From: Octopus sinensis
Lineage: Eukaryota
DNA length: 64,000 nt
NCBI RefSeq assembly: GCF_006345805.1
Contig: NC_043000.1
Coordinates: 34,100,001 to 34,164,000 of the forward strand
Reading direction: 5' to 3'
Made by a program: the position numbers and the translations under genes. The notes below the pieces were generated by a model that did not search any database, was not told the origin of the DNA, and was given only the letters and a program-made list of their open reading frames with translations. Every line of letters begins with the position of its first letter. The stretch's first letter is position 1. Shown here one piece after another: positions 52,102 to 63,929 of this stretch.

Positions 52102-52470
52102 ATTTCACGGGACTGGTTGACGAAAGAACTGCGATTGCTCCTGCGAGCTTGGAACGTTGCCGGAAAAGGCCCCGCAACTATCATCGCAGCGGCACTGAAA
52201 AATAATGATTTTACCAGAACCACGGCCCAGATAGAGCAGAAGAAACGCGAATTCCTCCGTTCCTATGCCCTAATTAGACAGCACATAGACAACCTTGACA
52301 CCATTCTGGGAACTGACTGCACCAAGGATGACAAAAAGAATGGAGAAAGCCTCCTGGGCCCAGTGGTTACTCAAAAGAACAAAACTAAAGTCACGAGTAA
52401 TAGGTCTGAAAATGAGAGAGAACCAACGATACTAGCCCTGCCCCAACATGCTAGAAGACCAGAGAACTGA
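52102..52470 (+). CDS. Exon or ORF encoding a Myb/SANT-like (trihelix) domain
   Basis: Long pyrimidine tract then AG at 52100-52101. WLTKELRLLLRAW...IAAALKNNDFTRTTAQIEQKKREFLRSY fits W-x3-E-x3-LL-x2-W...IA-x2-L...F-x-RT-x2-Q-x3-K...Y. 123 codons to the stop. Confidence 0.65.
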   Translation: MSRDWLTKELRLLLRAWNVAGKGPATIIAAALKNNDFTRTTAQIEQKKREFLRSYALIRQHIDNLDTILGTDCTKDDKKNGESLLGPVVTQKNKTKVTSNRSENEREPTILALPQHARRPEN

Positions 52471-52558
52471 AAGGGCGGAAAAAGGAAAACAATAAACATA
52501 AAACCGTCAAAAAAGATGTCAGAAGCAAAGAAGAGCGAGGAGTAAAAGATATGCTTAC

Positions 52559-52664
52559 CCTGCTTTTCAGATCCTTGTTCTTTATGTTAATCAAAGTTTG
52601 TAGAATGTCGTACAGATTTGTCATATAGGAACGTAAAGATTCAATTTTATATTCTCTTATTTTA
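52559..52664 (-). CDS. Candidate coding exon (SKIREYKIESLRSYMTNLYDILQTLINIKNKDLKSR)
   Basis: Acceptor gtttattatttgtag, donor AGG|gtaagc, 106 nt, phase 2 to 0. Confidence 0.65.
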
Positions 52665-52829
52665 CTACAAATAATAAACAATATGGATATGAATCGATAA
52701 CTTACACACAGTGCATTACATTTGTATTGACAGAAATATTTCTTAGCCCTGCATAACTAAGTCTGGTGTTCCTCTAGATTCAGGTTTGAGCTTGTCTAGT
52801 TAGTTATTATTATTATTACGTCAACTAGG

Positions 52830-53640
52830 AATTGACCGCTTCTTGTATGTTCCACAAAAGATCAGCTTTCCGTCTTACATTTCCTGCAGCTGAAGACGTA
52901 ACAAAGGCTGAAAATCATCGCAAGACTATAATAACTAAAGTAAGTTTCATTTGGGGTAAAATCGTCAGTGGTGACAAAAATGGTTACACCAATTCAAACT
53001 GGAGTGCTAAAGCCAAACACTGGAATGGAAACAGCCAATATCGCCCATGAAGAAAAAAATTCAAATCAAAAAGCACACAGAACGGAAAGGGACACTGACA
53101 GTATTTGGGACTCTTAAAGACTAATCTTAGTCTGTTATCTGTTGAGGATCTTAGCAGTGATCAGTGCTCAGTATAGCGTAACACCGTTTGAAAAGTTATG
53201 GCTGCGAAGAAAGCAAATGCCGAGGGATCGAAAGGTGTTTTATTGTTGCATTACAAAACCCGTCTTCATACTGCTGCCACAATACCCTGAAATTCAACAT
53301 GTAGAAACATCTGCCATGTAGTCCTGATCTTGCTCCTTTCAACTGTCCCCTGTTTCTTCTACTCAAAGATCTTAAAGGATCGTCGATTTACCCTGATCCA
53401 AAAGGCAATGGAAGTAGTGCAAGCATGGTTGATCTCTCAGCTGGAAAGATTTTTCTGAGAGCATAAAGATGCACTAAGATAGACCAAGGTGGATTAAGAT
53501 GGATTGATTGTGCTGAAGATTAAAGGAGAACAAGTTGAAGAATAATGTAGAATTTTAAAAAAATACTAAATACAAAATGAGATCCCTCATTGTTTAAAAC
53601 AGAGATAAATGCAGTCGTTTATTGTAATAACAAGGGCAAC
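52830..53640 (+). mobile_element. Highly degraded mariner (DD34D-type) transposon
   Basis: IVSGD(K), GVLLLH...HTA and PCSPDLAPFN motifs recognisable across frameshifts. Confidence 0.75.
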
Positions 53641-54488
53641 TTAATGTAGCAAGTTCAAATCTGAACCGTGTTGAGTCGAGAAACACCGCACCCGCAACTC
53701 TTGTGCCACTACTTTCATAAACAACAGGAAAAATATTCTAAATGCGTGACTGATACGAACGCACGCACGCACACAGGAGGACAGAGAGGGAGGAGGGAGA
53801 GGGGAGAAAGTTAGGGAGAAGTAGAGATATGTATATAGAAAGGCCAAGACATATATGGCTGACTTTCAATCTTCGCTATTCTGCTAGTTTTTCAGTAGAG
53901 GCTGAGACGGGCGGCGCTTGAAGTCGCAGCCAATTTCATTTTGGCAATAAATTTGACTTTACTCTTGGTATTGAGTCGACCCATCATTATATGTCCAGAT
54001 ACATTAACTTTACATTATTTTAACACACACGCACGCACACACACACATGCACACACACATGCACACACACATGCACACACACACGCACACACACACACAC
54101 ATATACATGCACACACACACACACACATGCACACAAACACATGCTCACACACACACACACACGCACGCACACACGCGCACACACGCACACACACACGCAA
54201 TGCTGATGATTAATGAGAGGACAGTAAAACTGAATTCTTTCCTATAAAAACGGGTATCAATGGGGGAGGGGAGAATGATTGCTTCACTGCGGTCTAGAGT
54301 CTTCCTCGTCTCTATAATCTCACCATTTTGCAGAGAGATAGAAAGGAGACGCGAGTCACTGTTAACATCCAAATTTAAGTGAACCACTTCAGCATCGGAA
54401 GGTCGCAAACCAACCATTAATCGTCTCAGATCTCAACAGATCATTGCGTTACACATGGGGGGGGGGGCGGGGTTTATGCTCTAGTAGA

Positions 54489-54815
54489 TCACATTCCAGA
54501 AACTCTAAAAGTCCTCATCTCATCTGTTGTGTCAGCTTGTGAAAGAATAAGTCTGACAACGTGCAGGGAACCAAGTTCATCTGACAATGGTACATAGCAT
54601 CCCCCCCCCCGTTTTCTTAATTTTCTCTTTACAAAAGCAATAACCAACGAGTCTTCAGAGTCAGACACCTTACCAATCTTATTTCCTTCACATTCGATGA
54701 GGTGAAAGTCCTTTTGTAAGGATTCGAAGGCCCCCAAAAGAGAATCTCTTTGGACAACTTTATCAGCGTTCACACTAAGATTCTCATCTAGCAGAGAATC
54801 GGTTTTTCCACCTTC
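54489..54815 (-). CDS. Candidate exon (EGGKTDSLLDENLSVNADKVVQRDSLLGAFESLQKDF...)
   Basis: Acceptor ggatccttgtag in phase 0, frame open to a stop at 54489. Possible internal donor ATTG|gtaagg near 54670. Compatible with a donor at 55617. Confidence 0.4.
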   Translation of the reverse strand, partial: EGGKTDSLLDENLSVNADKVVQRDSLLGAFESLQKDFHLIECEGNKIGKVSDSEDSLVIAFVKRKLRKRGGGCYVPLSDELGSLHVVRLILSQADTTDEMRTFRVSGM

Positions 54816-55607
54816 CTACAAGGATCCAAGACATGAACTATAAACGGCCAACATATTAAGACTCTGGAAGCATTTAGCAGTATTCCCCGTCCATTTCAGA
54901 TTACGCACTTTTAATGCTCCATCGAGCCAACGACACCAGCGGCAGTGAATCCACTTTATACAGATATAAAATTAAGATGGCTTCAGTCACGTGTCCTCCA
55001 TTGGATCCTTTACGACTAGATCCTTTATGATCGACGATAATGTGAAATACATTTGCTGTTTAAAATATTTATTTGAAGAGGATCATCAAAGTTTCAAAAG
55101 AAGGTAACCTGATTGATCGCCAATCATATTGGAGATCAATATTTTATGGAGATAGTTAATATAAAGGAGAGAAGTATCCAGCACTGCCAGAAGAGCAAGT
55201 AAAACTGCATACGCCCAAACTGCAGCAATATTATATGTCTTGTCCGCAACTGAAGCAGGACATCAAGGATTACAGTAAATAGTGATCAAATGATCCACAT
55301 CTAATGGCGATGATGATGATTATGGTGATGGAGGAAGAGGAAGAGGGGAAGAGGAGGAGGAAGAGGAGGAGGAGGTGGGGAGGAAGAGGAGGAGGTTATC
55401 GCCAGATTCCCAAAACAACCATTAGTAAGTATCATAGCGCCTTGTGAGAAAACTGGGGCTTGTGATGTTGATGTTCTTTGCAGAACAATACCAAAGAAGA
55501 AAAAAAAAAGAATTGGAAATCAAGATCGAATTGAAATCTTTCTTTTCGTTATTTCCCCTGGCACCGAATTATGAGGATCCAATTCCAGAGACTAAAGAGA
55601 TATGAAT

Positions 55608-55892
55608 TTAAGTTACTGACTCAGGTAGCAAAGAAATGAAAGCCGCTGCTCTGATCTTCAGCTGTCGACGATGAGCCAAAACATCTCGGACGGCATCGGC
55701 GAACGAAGTCTTTTCTTCTCTTCCTCTCATCATTGGCTCAATTGTTTTAGTATGTGAATCGCTCTCAAATGAATTCATTTCTGTCTTGGCAGCACTGCTT
55801 CCGAGAACCTTGTTTAAATGATAGTCAGAGACAGGCTTCCAGACTTTCACTCGTGAAGCAGCTTTGGCCTTTTCTTGTTCCAATTTCTTTAC
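55608..55892 (-). CDS. Coding exon (VKKLEQEKAKAASRVKVWKP...LKIRAAAFISLLPES)
   Basis: Acceptor ttttttttttcatccacag, phase 0. Ends at stop 55608 or at a possible donor TCA|gtaact at 55617. Confidence 0.75.
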   Translation of the reverse strand, partial: VKKLEQEKAKAASRVKVWKPVSDYHLNKVLGSSAAKTEMNSFESDSHTKTIEPMMRGREEKTSFADAVRDVLAHRRQLKIRAAAFISLLPESVT

Positions 55893-57189
55893 CTGTGGAT
55901 GAAAAAAAAAAATCAATGCGAAGTTTTATATATCGATGCTATGTCCCTCACTGTCTCTTTTTCACCAACGTTCTCTCTCTCTCTCTCTCCCCCCTCTCTC
56001 TATTACTCACTCTCTTTCTTTGTCCTTGTCTTTCACCCTCTCCGCGCCTCTCACTATGATTTACTCAATGCGTAATCATTTTCTCCATTTTTCTTTTATC
56101 TTCTGTTGGTCAGTTGATTTCCTTTATTGAAGTGAAGCTACACTTTTTCTAATTTCAGAATTAAATCGAATGTTTTCCAGTTTGGTCTTGTGACAGAGAT
56201 TCTTTCCAAGCCTTCTCCACGCAATAAATAACGAGAGAATTTCCTTAAAATACCGCTTTTCATTTAACATCACACCTGCTCCAGTTATTAAGTTGTATGT
56301 CCATCGGTGCGTATACCGGATATTATGCACCCCTAAATCTCGTATATTGATCGCAATTTCTCTATAGTTTACAGAAGAAAAGATGGATTTCTCTAGCAGT
56401 CTGATTGGTTGACCGGAACAAATTTCAATAGAAAAAGAAAACAGAACACCTAAGTCCTAAGAAATGAGTGAGAAACTGCTTTCTCAAAACTGATAAACAG
56501 TTATTTAAAAAGACCAGATGATGCAGCAGAAGAACTAAATAGGCCAAGCTTTTGACTCCCAGCAAAGACAAGGAATGAATTTTTTGAGAGAAACGGATTA
56601 TGTCTCTAGAGGAAAATAGCTTGTAAATGGATAGTGGCCATGGTCTCCATCCAGAATGTAGGTTTAGGATTGGATCTCAACAGTCTATTCGGTCGTAATG
56701 AGCATCAACTGGGCACTGGTAAATCGGTGTTTCGTTTGGTCAAGGGTGGGAAAATCGAGTATTTCAGTCTGCTTGAAACTACAGCGGTAGCTAGCGAAGA
56801 ATGGTATATGTCACCGAGTCAGTCGCTCGCGAGTGACGGCTGATTGTAAAATAATAAAGAATCTGCCCAACCAGTCATATATTGATGTAGAATTGCAGGA
56901 AATTGCCACAATTTTTTGACAAAGTTATCACATAACATACCACAAACAATGAGACCTCAGCCTACTTGTAAAAATAAGTGAATAGCTGTGTGACTTGCCT
57001 AATGCAAACTGTCCCTTAAAGCCATCCGGACGTTGTCAAAACATTCGCTATACAGAGTGGAATACTAAAAGAGGATTTGAATTTCCTCAAAGTGAACATC
57101 GTAAAACCTCTATCTTCTCACCTTAACATGTTCACGGGTTGCTTTGTTCTTTAATAATCATAAATCTTATCCTCTTAACATCATTGCTA

Positions 57190-57245
57190 CTACCCTAAAC
57201 CCCAACCCCAACCCTAACTCTAAACCTAATCTCAACCCTAAATCC
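57190..57245. repeat. Degenerate CCCTAA-like repeats
   Basis: taccctaaaccccaaccccaaccctaactctaaacctaatctcaaccctaa. Confidence 0.6.
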
Positions 57246-58059
57246 ACATATTTCACGTCATAACTCGTCATTGAAACCAATTAAAAGTCAGATTTACATT
57301 TCTCATCTATTTATTACTGGTTTCAACATTTGATAGCGGCCAAGTTGTAGCACCACCTTAATGAGTTTCTAATCAATTATATTAACATCATTACTTTGTA
57401 ATCTATTTTATCGATTTCGGAAGACGACAAAAGGCCGGGTCAATCAGGAGAAAAGGAAAATTCGTTTCATGGGTGAATCGGATAAACAATTATCTGAAAC
57501 ATCGATGTCTGTCTTTCTCATTTATTTCTGGGGCGAGTCGTTTCGCTTGGCTTTGAGATATACTGTGGGTTTTTTTTAATACTATCCGTCTTCAAAGGGA
57601 TTTTTCCTGAACGAAATATCGCAGCCTAAAAGCTTTTAACAACACACATTTACTAAGTACGTGTCACTGATAACGTATTTTCGTTCGCCACACCGATTTT
57701 TGCCACGCTAATACCGACACACAAATGCATAAACACACGCATACAAACTCACAAAACACACACTCGTGTGCACTCACACACACATGCTCCCACTCCCATA
57801 AAACTTCTGTGAGCTGCAGAATTTCCACAAACCAAAGTCCACTGAAAAGGCTTTGATCGATGGCAGAAGGTGCTGTTGCTGTTGCTTTTGAGCGAACGGT
57901 CTTCGTCCCAGAGCTCGCAAGATGGGAGCAGTCCAAAACGTAGACCTTTGCTATTCGTAAGACCCGCAGAAGAGAAAGCAGGTCAACCCCCGACAACGAT
58001 AGCATCGACGGATGGATGAATGCGCATCCAGGCTCAGCGGTTGCGTAGGAAGTTGGGGA

Positions 58060-58258
58060 CAAGAAGCAGGAAGAAAGAGTGAGAGAAAGCTGAGGCGAAA
58101 GAGTACAACAGGGGTCGCCACCACCCCCTGCCGGAGGCTCGTGGAGCCTTTAGGTGTTTTCGCTCAATAAACACACACAACGCCCGGTCTGGAAATCGAA
58201 ACTGCGATCCTCCGACCGCGAGTCCGCTGCCCTCACCATTGGACCATTGCGCCTCCGG
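58060..58258 (-). mobile_element. Third tRNA-derived SINE family
   Basis: ggaggcgcaatggtccaatggtgagggcagcggactcgcgg...gtttcgatttccagacc A/B-box-like head, followed by body. Confidence 0.7.
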
Positions 58259-58419
58259 CTGAAGGTGCTGCCACGTAGTGAGACGGAAACCAAGAGTTTC
58301 TGAAGTAAACTTATTAACCTGCAAAGCATTCCAACATCTATAACGGTGAACATAACAATGAAAACATTTATCTTTCAATGAATAAATCAGGCGAAAGAGT
58401 TTAAGAGTCCAACAATTAC

Positions 58420-58563
58420 CTTCATTCTTTCTTGGTAACTTTTATATGTGCGACCACGTTTCAAAGCCCGAATCGTCTTGTTTAAATCTTGAATTTTTCT
58501 TTTGCTCAACTCATATCCACCAGATTCCCAACTCGATGGGACATGTTCTCCCTCAGGCAGGAG
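58420..58563 (-). CDS. Coding exon (LLPEGEHVPSSWESGGYELSKRKIQDLNKTIRALKRGRTYKSYQERMK)
   Basis: Acceptor ttttaatttattggcag, donor AAG|gtaatt, 144 nt, phase 0 to 0. Joins 55892 in frame. Confidence 0.85.
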
Positions 58564-58914
58564 CTGCCAATAAATTAAAACAAATGTAATGTCTACCATT
58601 CAGGTCTGGAAATTATATCAATTAACTTTGATCTTAATTCATTTCTCAACTCTCACAGTTCTTTCTTTAAGTTACCATTCTTTACCACTCACAGTCTCCA
58701 CACTCTCCCTTACATTTGCCAAATGTAATCATTGCCTTGATTAAAGACACCTTTTTTTTTCCTCAAATGAAGCAAAGTTAGACGTGCCGTTCGCCCTTCC
58801 AGCTTGATGATCAACATATGGCACACCAGTATTAATACGACGCAGGATTTCAGGCAACACTCCGTTGTGTTATAAGAAATAGCTTAACATTTATCTAAAA
58901 CTAAAATAGATGTG

Positions 58915-59150
58915 AGTGGAAGCGTACGGCTTAATGGTTAGTGTGTAGGGCGTTGGTCTCATGATCGTAAGATTATAGTTTCGATTCGTGGACTGGGCGA
59001 CGCGTTGTGTTCCTGAGCAAAACACGTCATTTCACGTTGCTGTAATGCACTTATCTGGCAATGGTGAGTCACCCTACGACGGACCAGCGTTCCATCCAGT
59101 GGGGAATATATATATATATATGCCATAGGAACCGGAAACCAATCCGTATG
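58915..59150 (+). mobile_element. tRNA-derived SINE with V-domain-like segment
   Basis: Head ggcttaatggttag...gtttcgattc. Body gttcctgagcaaaacac and ccctacgacggaccagcgttccatccag. Confidence 0.6.
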
Positions 59151-59379
59151 AGTCCACAGGATTCGAGCGAGAAGGATGTTTTTAAAATAGACGTAAGTAA
59201 GTGACACAACAATAACAAGAATGTTAAGGACATTAAAATTTGGAAAGGTTCGGCTAGCAATATTCATCACCGCTGTCCAAGTGTATCGTTTATGGGTCAG
59301 GAGAGAACAACCAGCTTTAGTGCATAGCTAAATACTTATCAGATGGATGAAAAGAAATGCAAAGTAGAAATTCAAATGG

Positions 59380-60420
59380 ATTAAAATGGATTGTCGCTAA
59401 ACATATCCTTAAATTAGTTTTTGTGATATTCTGAGATTTTCTGCGGGTTTTATAGATAGAGAATTATCTCCTTGCCGGACATTGTTAACAGCGCATGACA
59501 AGGAACTGGGAGAGGATATAAATGGTGTCCTGGAATGTGTGGGGAGGAGTCACTGGCGAGAGATTCCCCGTGGTGTATCAGAACCTGGACATATATAGGC
59601 GTCGTTCATAGTGTTAAGCATTCTTCCACGTACAGTATTACCCGGGTAAAAGTCGTGCAAGTTGTTACTCTTTGATGTGAATCCACTCCCACCAGCTAAG
59701 AAAGCATTCCAGTTTCAATACCAGCAGGAAAGGAGTAAAACATTTAAAGTGGAGAATGATAACACGTGAAGGATGTATTGCATTATGAGAATGTTCACTG
59801 TTTATGTTGCTTTTACAGAGTCACAATTGAAATACGAATGGAATGATTGGCTGTTGTGTGACCTTTTCGACTCCTGGGATATTAGACAGGCTGTCAAAAG
59901 GATAGGAAAATCTATCAAGGATCTCCAACTTTTCCTAGAGTACTGATTTGCCGTCAAGATCTACGAGTTTTGTTGTGCCTCTTCTCTGTGACCCGTATGC
60001 TTCTCGAAGTCCTGAAGAAAATGCTTTCGTCTTTATCAGACTGGCGGTGCAGCTCTTCACCTTTGGCCTCCCACTAATCTGATTTCAGATTTCCTGGTCA
60101 AAACAGCAGCGTTTTTCTAAGGGTTTTTATTCAGCTATAAAGATGTTGTAGGGATCGTCTTTCAGTACATAGTGAAAAGGTTGGTGTTTCTCTCTATTCC
60201 TTGATGTGAAGGTTAACTGGGCTTGGCAGGGTATTGTACTGGGCAGAATGGAAATTCACTTGCGTCATGTTTGACCGAGTATTCTTTCACTGCTTCACAC
60301 ACTCTTATCTCCACTCTGCTCTCTACCGTCTGCTTGACCTTCCATGATACACAGCTATCGATCATTGAGTGACCAAGTATGCTGAACGAGGATGTGTGGA
60401 CAGTTAGGTCGTCTCCAAGT
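59380..60420 (-). mobile_element. Degraded RTE-clade LINE (post-endonuclease region and RT start)
   Basis: KAFSSGLREAYGSQRRGTTKLVDLDGKSVL.EKLEILDRF and a later NW..FL.GG segment match RTE ORF2. Many stops. Confidence 0.7.
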
Positions 60421-60722
60421 CTTTTATTCAGACGTTAATAAAAGAAAAAAATGGTTATAATCAGAAATTGAACTTAGGTCGCCAGAATCTGCCATTTACT
60501 CATCACGATAAAATGAATGTAAATGTAGAATATCGAAATAATGTCATTAGCACAGAATACTTAGCTTAGACATATAGTATCTAAGATATATAATCTATAA
60601 GATGTATTTTCTACGACTGATTATCGAGTTTGGAGATTATCTAAAAGACTGAGTGTGTAAGACAAGGGTCAACTTGAGAAGTTCTATATTTCGAGGAGGA
60701 TGGTTTAACACCGCAAACTCAC

Positions 60723-60776
60723 CCATGGTATTTCTTCTTTAAGTTTGAAAGTTGCGGCAACGGAAAGGAGTTGCAA
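60723..60776 (-). CDS. Candidate small exon (LQLLSVAATFKLKEEIPW)
   Basis: Acceptor gattttacctag, strong donor TGG|gtgagt, 54 nt, phase 0 to 0. Confidence 0.5.
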
Positions 60777-62294
60777 CTAGGTAAAATCTCCAAGCAATTT
60801 AAATACACAACAAGTCTCCGATATCCATGTGGCTAAAAGGGGTCTGCAGAAAGACATTCAGGAGTGATGACCTGGATGCGGCTACCTTAAAAAGACGTTA
60901 AGGGCCAGAACACTTGCCCAAGGAGGGTTTCTTCTCTGAAGACCTTCTGCTGTTCGGCTCTGTTGAGAGTCTCTTACCACTGTTGGTACTTATGGTGATG
61001 ACAAAGAAAGATATACTTGTTTTTGGTCGCAGCACCAGAACGGAATTGTCAACTGTAAAACTTTTGTCTAATACATCGTCTCTGCCAACCATGATTACGT
61101 TTTAACATGTTGTTGTTGTTGTTGTCGTCGTCGTCGTCGTTGTCGTTGCTGCTCCTTCTTTTTTTCGCAAGTCAACTTTTTTCAAGAACATTTATGATGA
61201 AAGTTATTCAGATGAAATTCTCATTTTTATTCATACATATTGTAGACATAGCACTATATACATTTACTTTCTAAATGTGATTTGAGGGAAGGGATATTTA
61301 ACTGTTATTTCTAGTAGGTCAGATTAGACCGATATGTCACTTCCACAAACTGTGTAGCCCCTAATGTTAGAAACCATTATTGTTGAGGATAATCCGTAGA
61401 GAGGGTGTATATCTTCATTATTATTTGTGTTTAGCAATTGAGTTTTCACTATTGCGCTGGCAGTAGGTCGTGGAGGGGAAGTAACTCTTCGCCAGATAGA
61501 ATTCCTGAAATGTCTTCCATTTTGAAATGGAATTGTTTCGCTTCATTTATGTCTACAAACTTTCTGAAAAGCATTTTTCAATGTGAAAAGTAGACAGTTA
61601 GGTCCAGCTTTCGCAAGCTCTGCTTGAGTGAGATTCAAAGCGGTCAGGGTGAGGAGTTCTAGTCGGTGGACCTGAGGTTTTTGGACGGAATGTTCAGTTA
61701 CAATGTTTAAGATTGACAAGAGGATGTAAGATAGCTGTTAAGGTGAACACGGGCATTTATGAGATATAGCTGGCTAATTAAGTGGAGCAGTAACTACTAC
61801 AGCGGTGATCAGAGACAGAGAGAGAAATGGAGAGAAAGAGAGAGTGTGAAAGAGAAAGATAGAGAGAGTGGGTGAGAGGGAGAGAGAAGAAGAGTGAGAG
61901 TGACAGAGAGAGAGAGAGGAGGAGAGAGACGTGGAGAGATAGAGATAGTGTGACAGAGAGAGTGAGTAAGAAGGAGAGAGAAGGAGAGTGAGAGTGGAAG
62001 AGAGGGAGGGAGGGAGTATGCTGTACTTTGGTCGGAGGCTACTGGTTTCGTACGAAGTTCACAGTAAATTTTCTCTCCGTTACTTTACGATTAATTAAAA
62101 ATGTTAATTATACTTCGGCAAAAAGAAAAGAGCTATTTCATTATTGTTGTGAATGCTGAGCTGACTGATTAGGACATCACGCATTTCAAGCTGTAACAAC
62201 ACTGGCCCGCCTATTCAGGAATAATAGTTAGCGGCTGTTTAATTAGCAAAGCTAACTTAATGCAATTAAGAAATCGTTGCAGATGACAACTTAC

Positions 62295-62363
62295 ATTTTC
62301 CATCTCGATCAAAGATGGATCAGCATCTTCTTCTCTATATTCACTTGACATCTCGAAATTCAT
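62295..62363 (-). CDS. Candidate small exon (MNFEMSSEYREEDADPSLIEMEN)
   Basis: Acceptor ttattatctcaattgtag, donor AAT|gtaagt, 69 nt, the only open frame is phase 0 to 0. Confidence 0.6.
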
Positions 62364-62402
62364 CTACAATTGAGATAATAAATACAAGAATTATATCTCC
62401 CT

Positions 62403-62457
<55 letters not shown>

Positions 62458-62486
62458 CTCTCTATATATAATATATATATATATAT

Positions 62487-62880
62487 AGGCGCAGGAGTGG
62501 GTGTGTGGTAAGTAGCTTCTTTACCAACCACATGGTTCCGGGTTCAGTCCCACTGCGTGGCATCTTGGGCAAGTGTCTTCGACTATAGCCTCGGGCCGAC
62601 CAAAGCCTTGTGAGTGGATTTGGTAGATGGAAACTGAAAGAAGCCCGTCGTATATATGTTTATATGCGTGTGTGTGTTTGTGTGTCTGTGTTTGTCCCCC
62701 TAGCATTGCTTGACAACCGATGCTGGTGTGTTTACGTCCCTGTCACTTAGCGGTTCGGCAAAAGAGACCGATAGAATAAGTACTGGGCTTACAAAGAATA
62801 AGTCCCGGGGTCGAGTTGCTCGATTAAAGGCGGTGCTCCAGCATGGCCGCAGTCAAAATGACTGAAACAAGTAAAAAAAA
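62487..62880 (+). mobile_element. Full-length CORE-like tRNA SINE
   Basis: Head ggcgcaggagtgg.tgtgtggtaag (A box), ggttcagtccc (B box), CORE-like catcttgggcaagtg, internal microsatellite, tail ggcggtgctccagcatggccgcagtc...gaaacaagtaaaa. Inserted in (TA)n. Confidence 0.9.
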
Positions 62881-62955
62881 AGAGAAAAAGATATATATAT
62901 ATATATATATACATAATTTTTTTTCAGAATAAAAAACCAAGACTGAAGATTTTAG

Positions 62956-63014
<59 letters not shown>

Positions 63015-63015
<1 letters not shown>

Positions 63016-63159
63016 GGCGCAAGCGTGGCTGTGTGGTAAGTAGCTTGCTTGCCAACCACATGGTTCCGGGTTCAGTTCCACTGCGTGGCGGGCCGACCAA
63101 AGCTTTGTGAGTGGATCTGGTAGACGGAAACTGGAAGAAGCCCGTCGTATTCACACACT

Positions 63160-63205
<46 letters not shown>

Positions 63206-63440
63206 AATTATGTGTATATATGTATATATATGTATGTGTATGTATATGTTTGTGTGACTGTGTTTGTCCCCTGACCATCGTTTGACAACCGATGCTAGTG
63301 TCTTTACGTCCCCGTAACTTAGCGGTTCGGTAAAAAGGGGCCGATAGAATAAGTACTAGGCTTACAAAGAATAGTCCTGGAGTTGATTTGCTCGACTAAA
63401 GACGGCGTTCCAGCATGGCCGCAGTCTGAAACAAGGAAAA
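63015..63440 (+). mobile_element. Second copy of the same SINE with internal deletion
   Basis: Same head and tail motifs. Confidence 0.85.
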
Positions 63441-63469
63441 GAGTAAAAGAATTTTCTTTTCTTTTATTC

Positions 63470-63686
63470 TTTTACTTGTTTCAGTCATTTGACTGCGGCC
63501 AAGCTGGAGTATCGCTTTTAGTCGAGCAGATCGACTCCCAGGACTTATTCTTTGTAAGCCTAGTACTTATTCTATCAGTCCCCTTTTTTACCGAACCGCT
63601 AAGTTACGGGGACGTAAACACACTAGCATCGGTTGTCAAACGATGGTCAGGGAACAGTCACACAAAAATATATATGCACACACATA

Positions 63687-63732
<46 letters not shown>

Positions 63733-63860
63733 GACGGGCTTCTTTCAGTTTCCGTCTACCAAATCCACTCAGAAGGCTTTGGTCGGCCCAAGGCTGTAGT
63801 AGAAGACAATTTCCCAAGGTGCCACGAAGTGGGACCGAACTCGGAATCTTGTGGTTGGTT
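63470..63860 (-). mobile_element. Third copy, inverted tail-to-tail to the previous one
   Basis: Reverse complement of the family. Shares private variants with 63200-63440. Confidence 0.85.
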
Positions 63861-63873
63861 AACATATGCATGT

Positions 63874-63929
<56 letters not shown>

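Noticed and set aside
54145-54417. Minus-strand ORF VGLRPSDAEVVHLNL... as a continuation of the 54.8k exon
   Set aside because: It is separated by in-frame stops that a single homopolymer frameshift does not fix, and it has no convincing splice sites.
57664-58378. ORFs of 132, 114 and 67 aa
   Set aside because: They overlap a SINE and a (TG)-rich tract and show no consistent splice signals.
60898-61105. Overlapping ORFs on both strands
   Set aside because: Short. The possible minus exon ends in phase 1 and does not fit the phase-0 chain.
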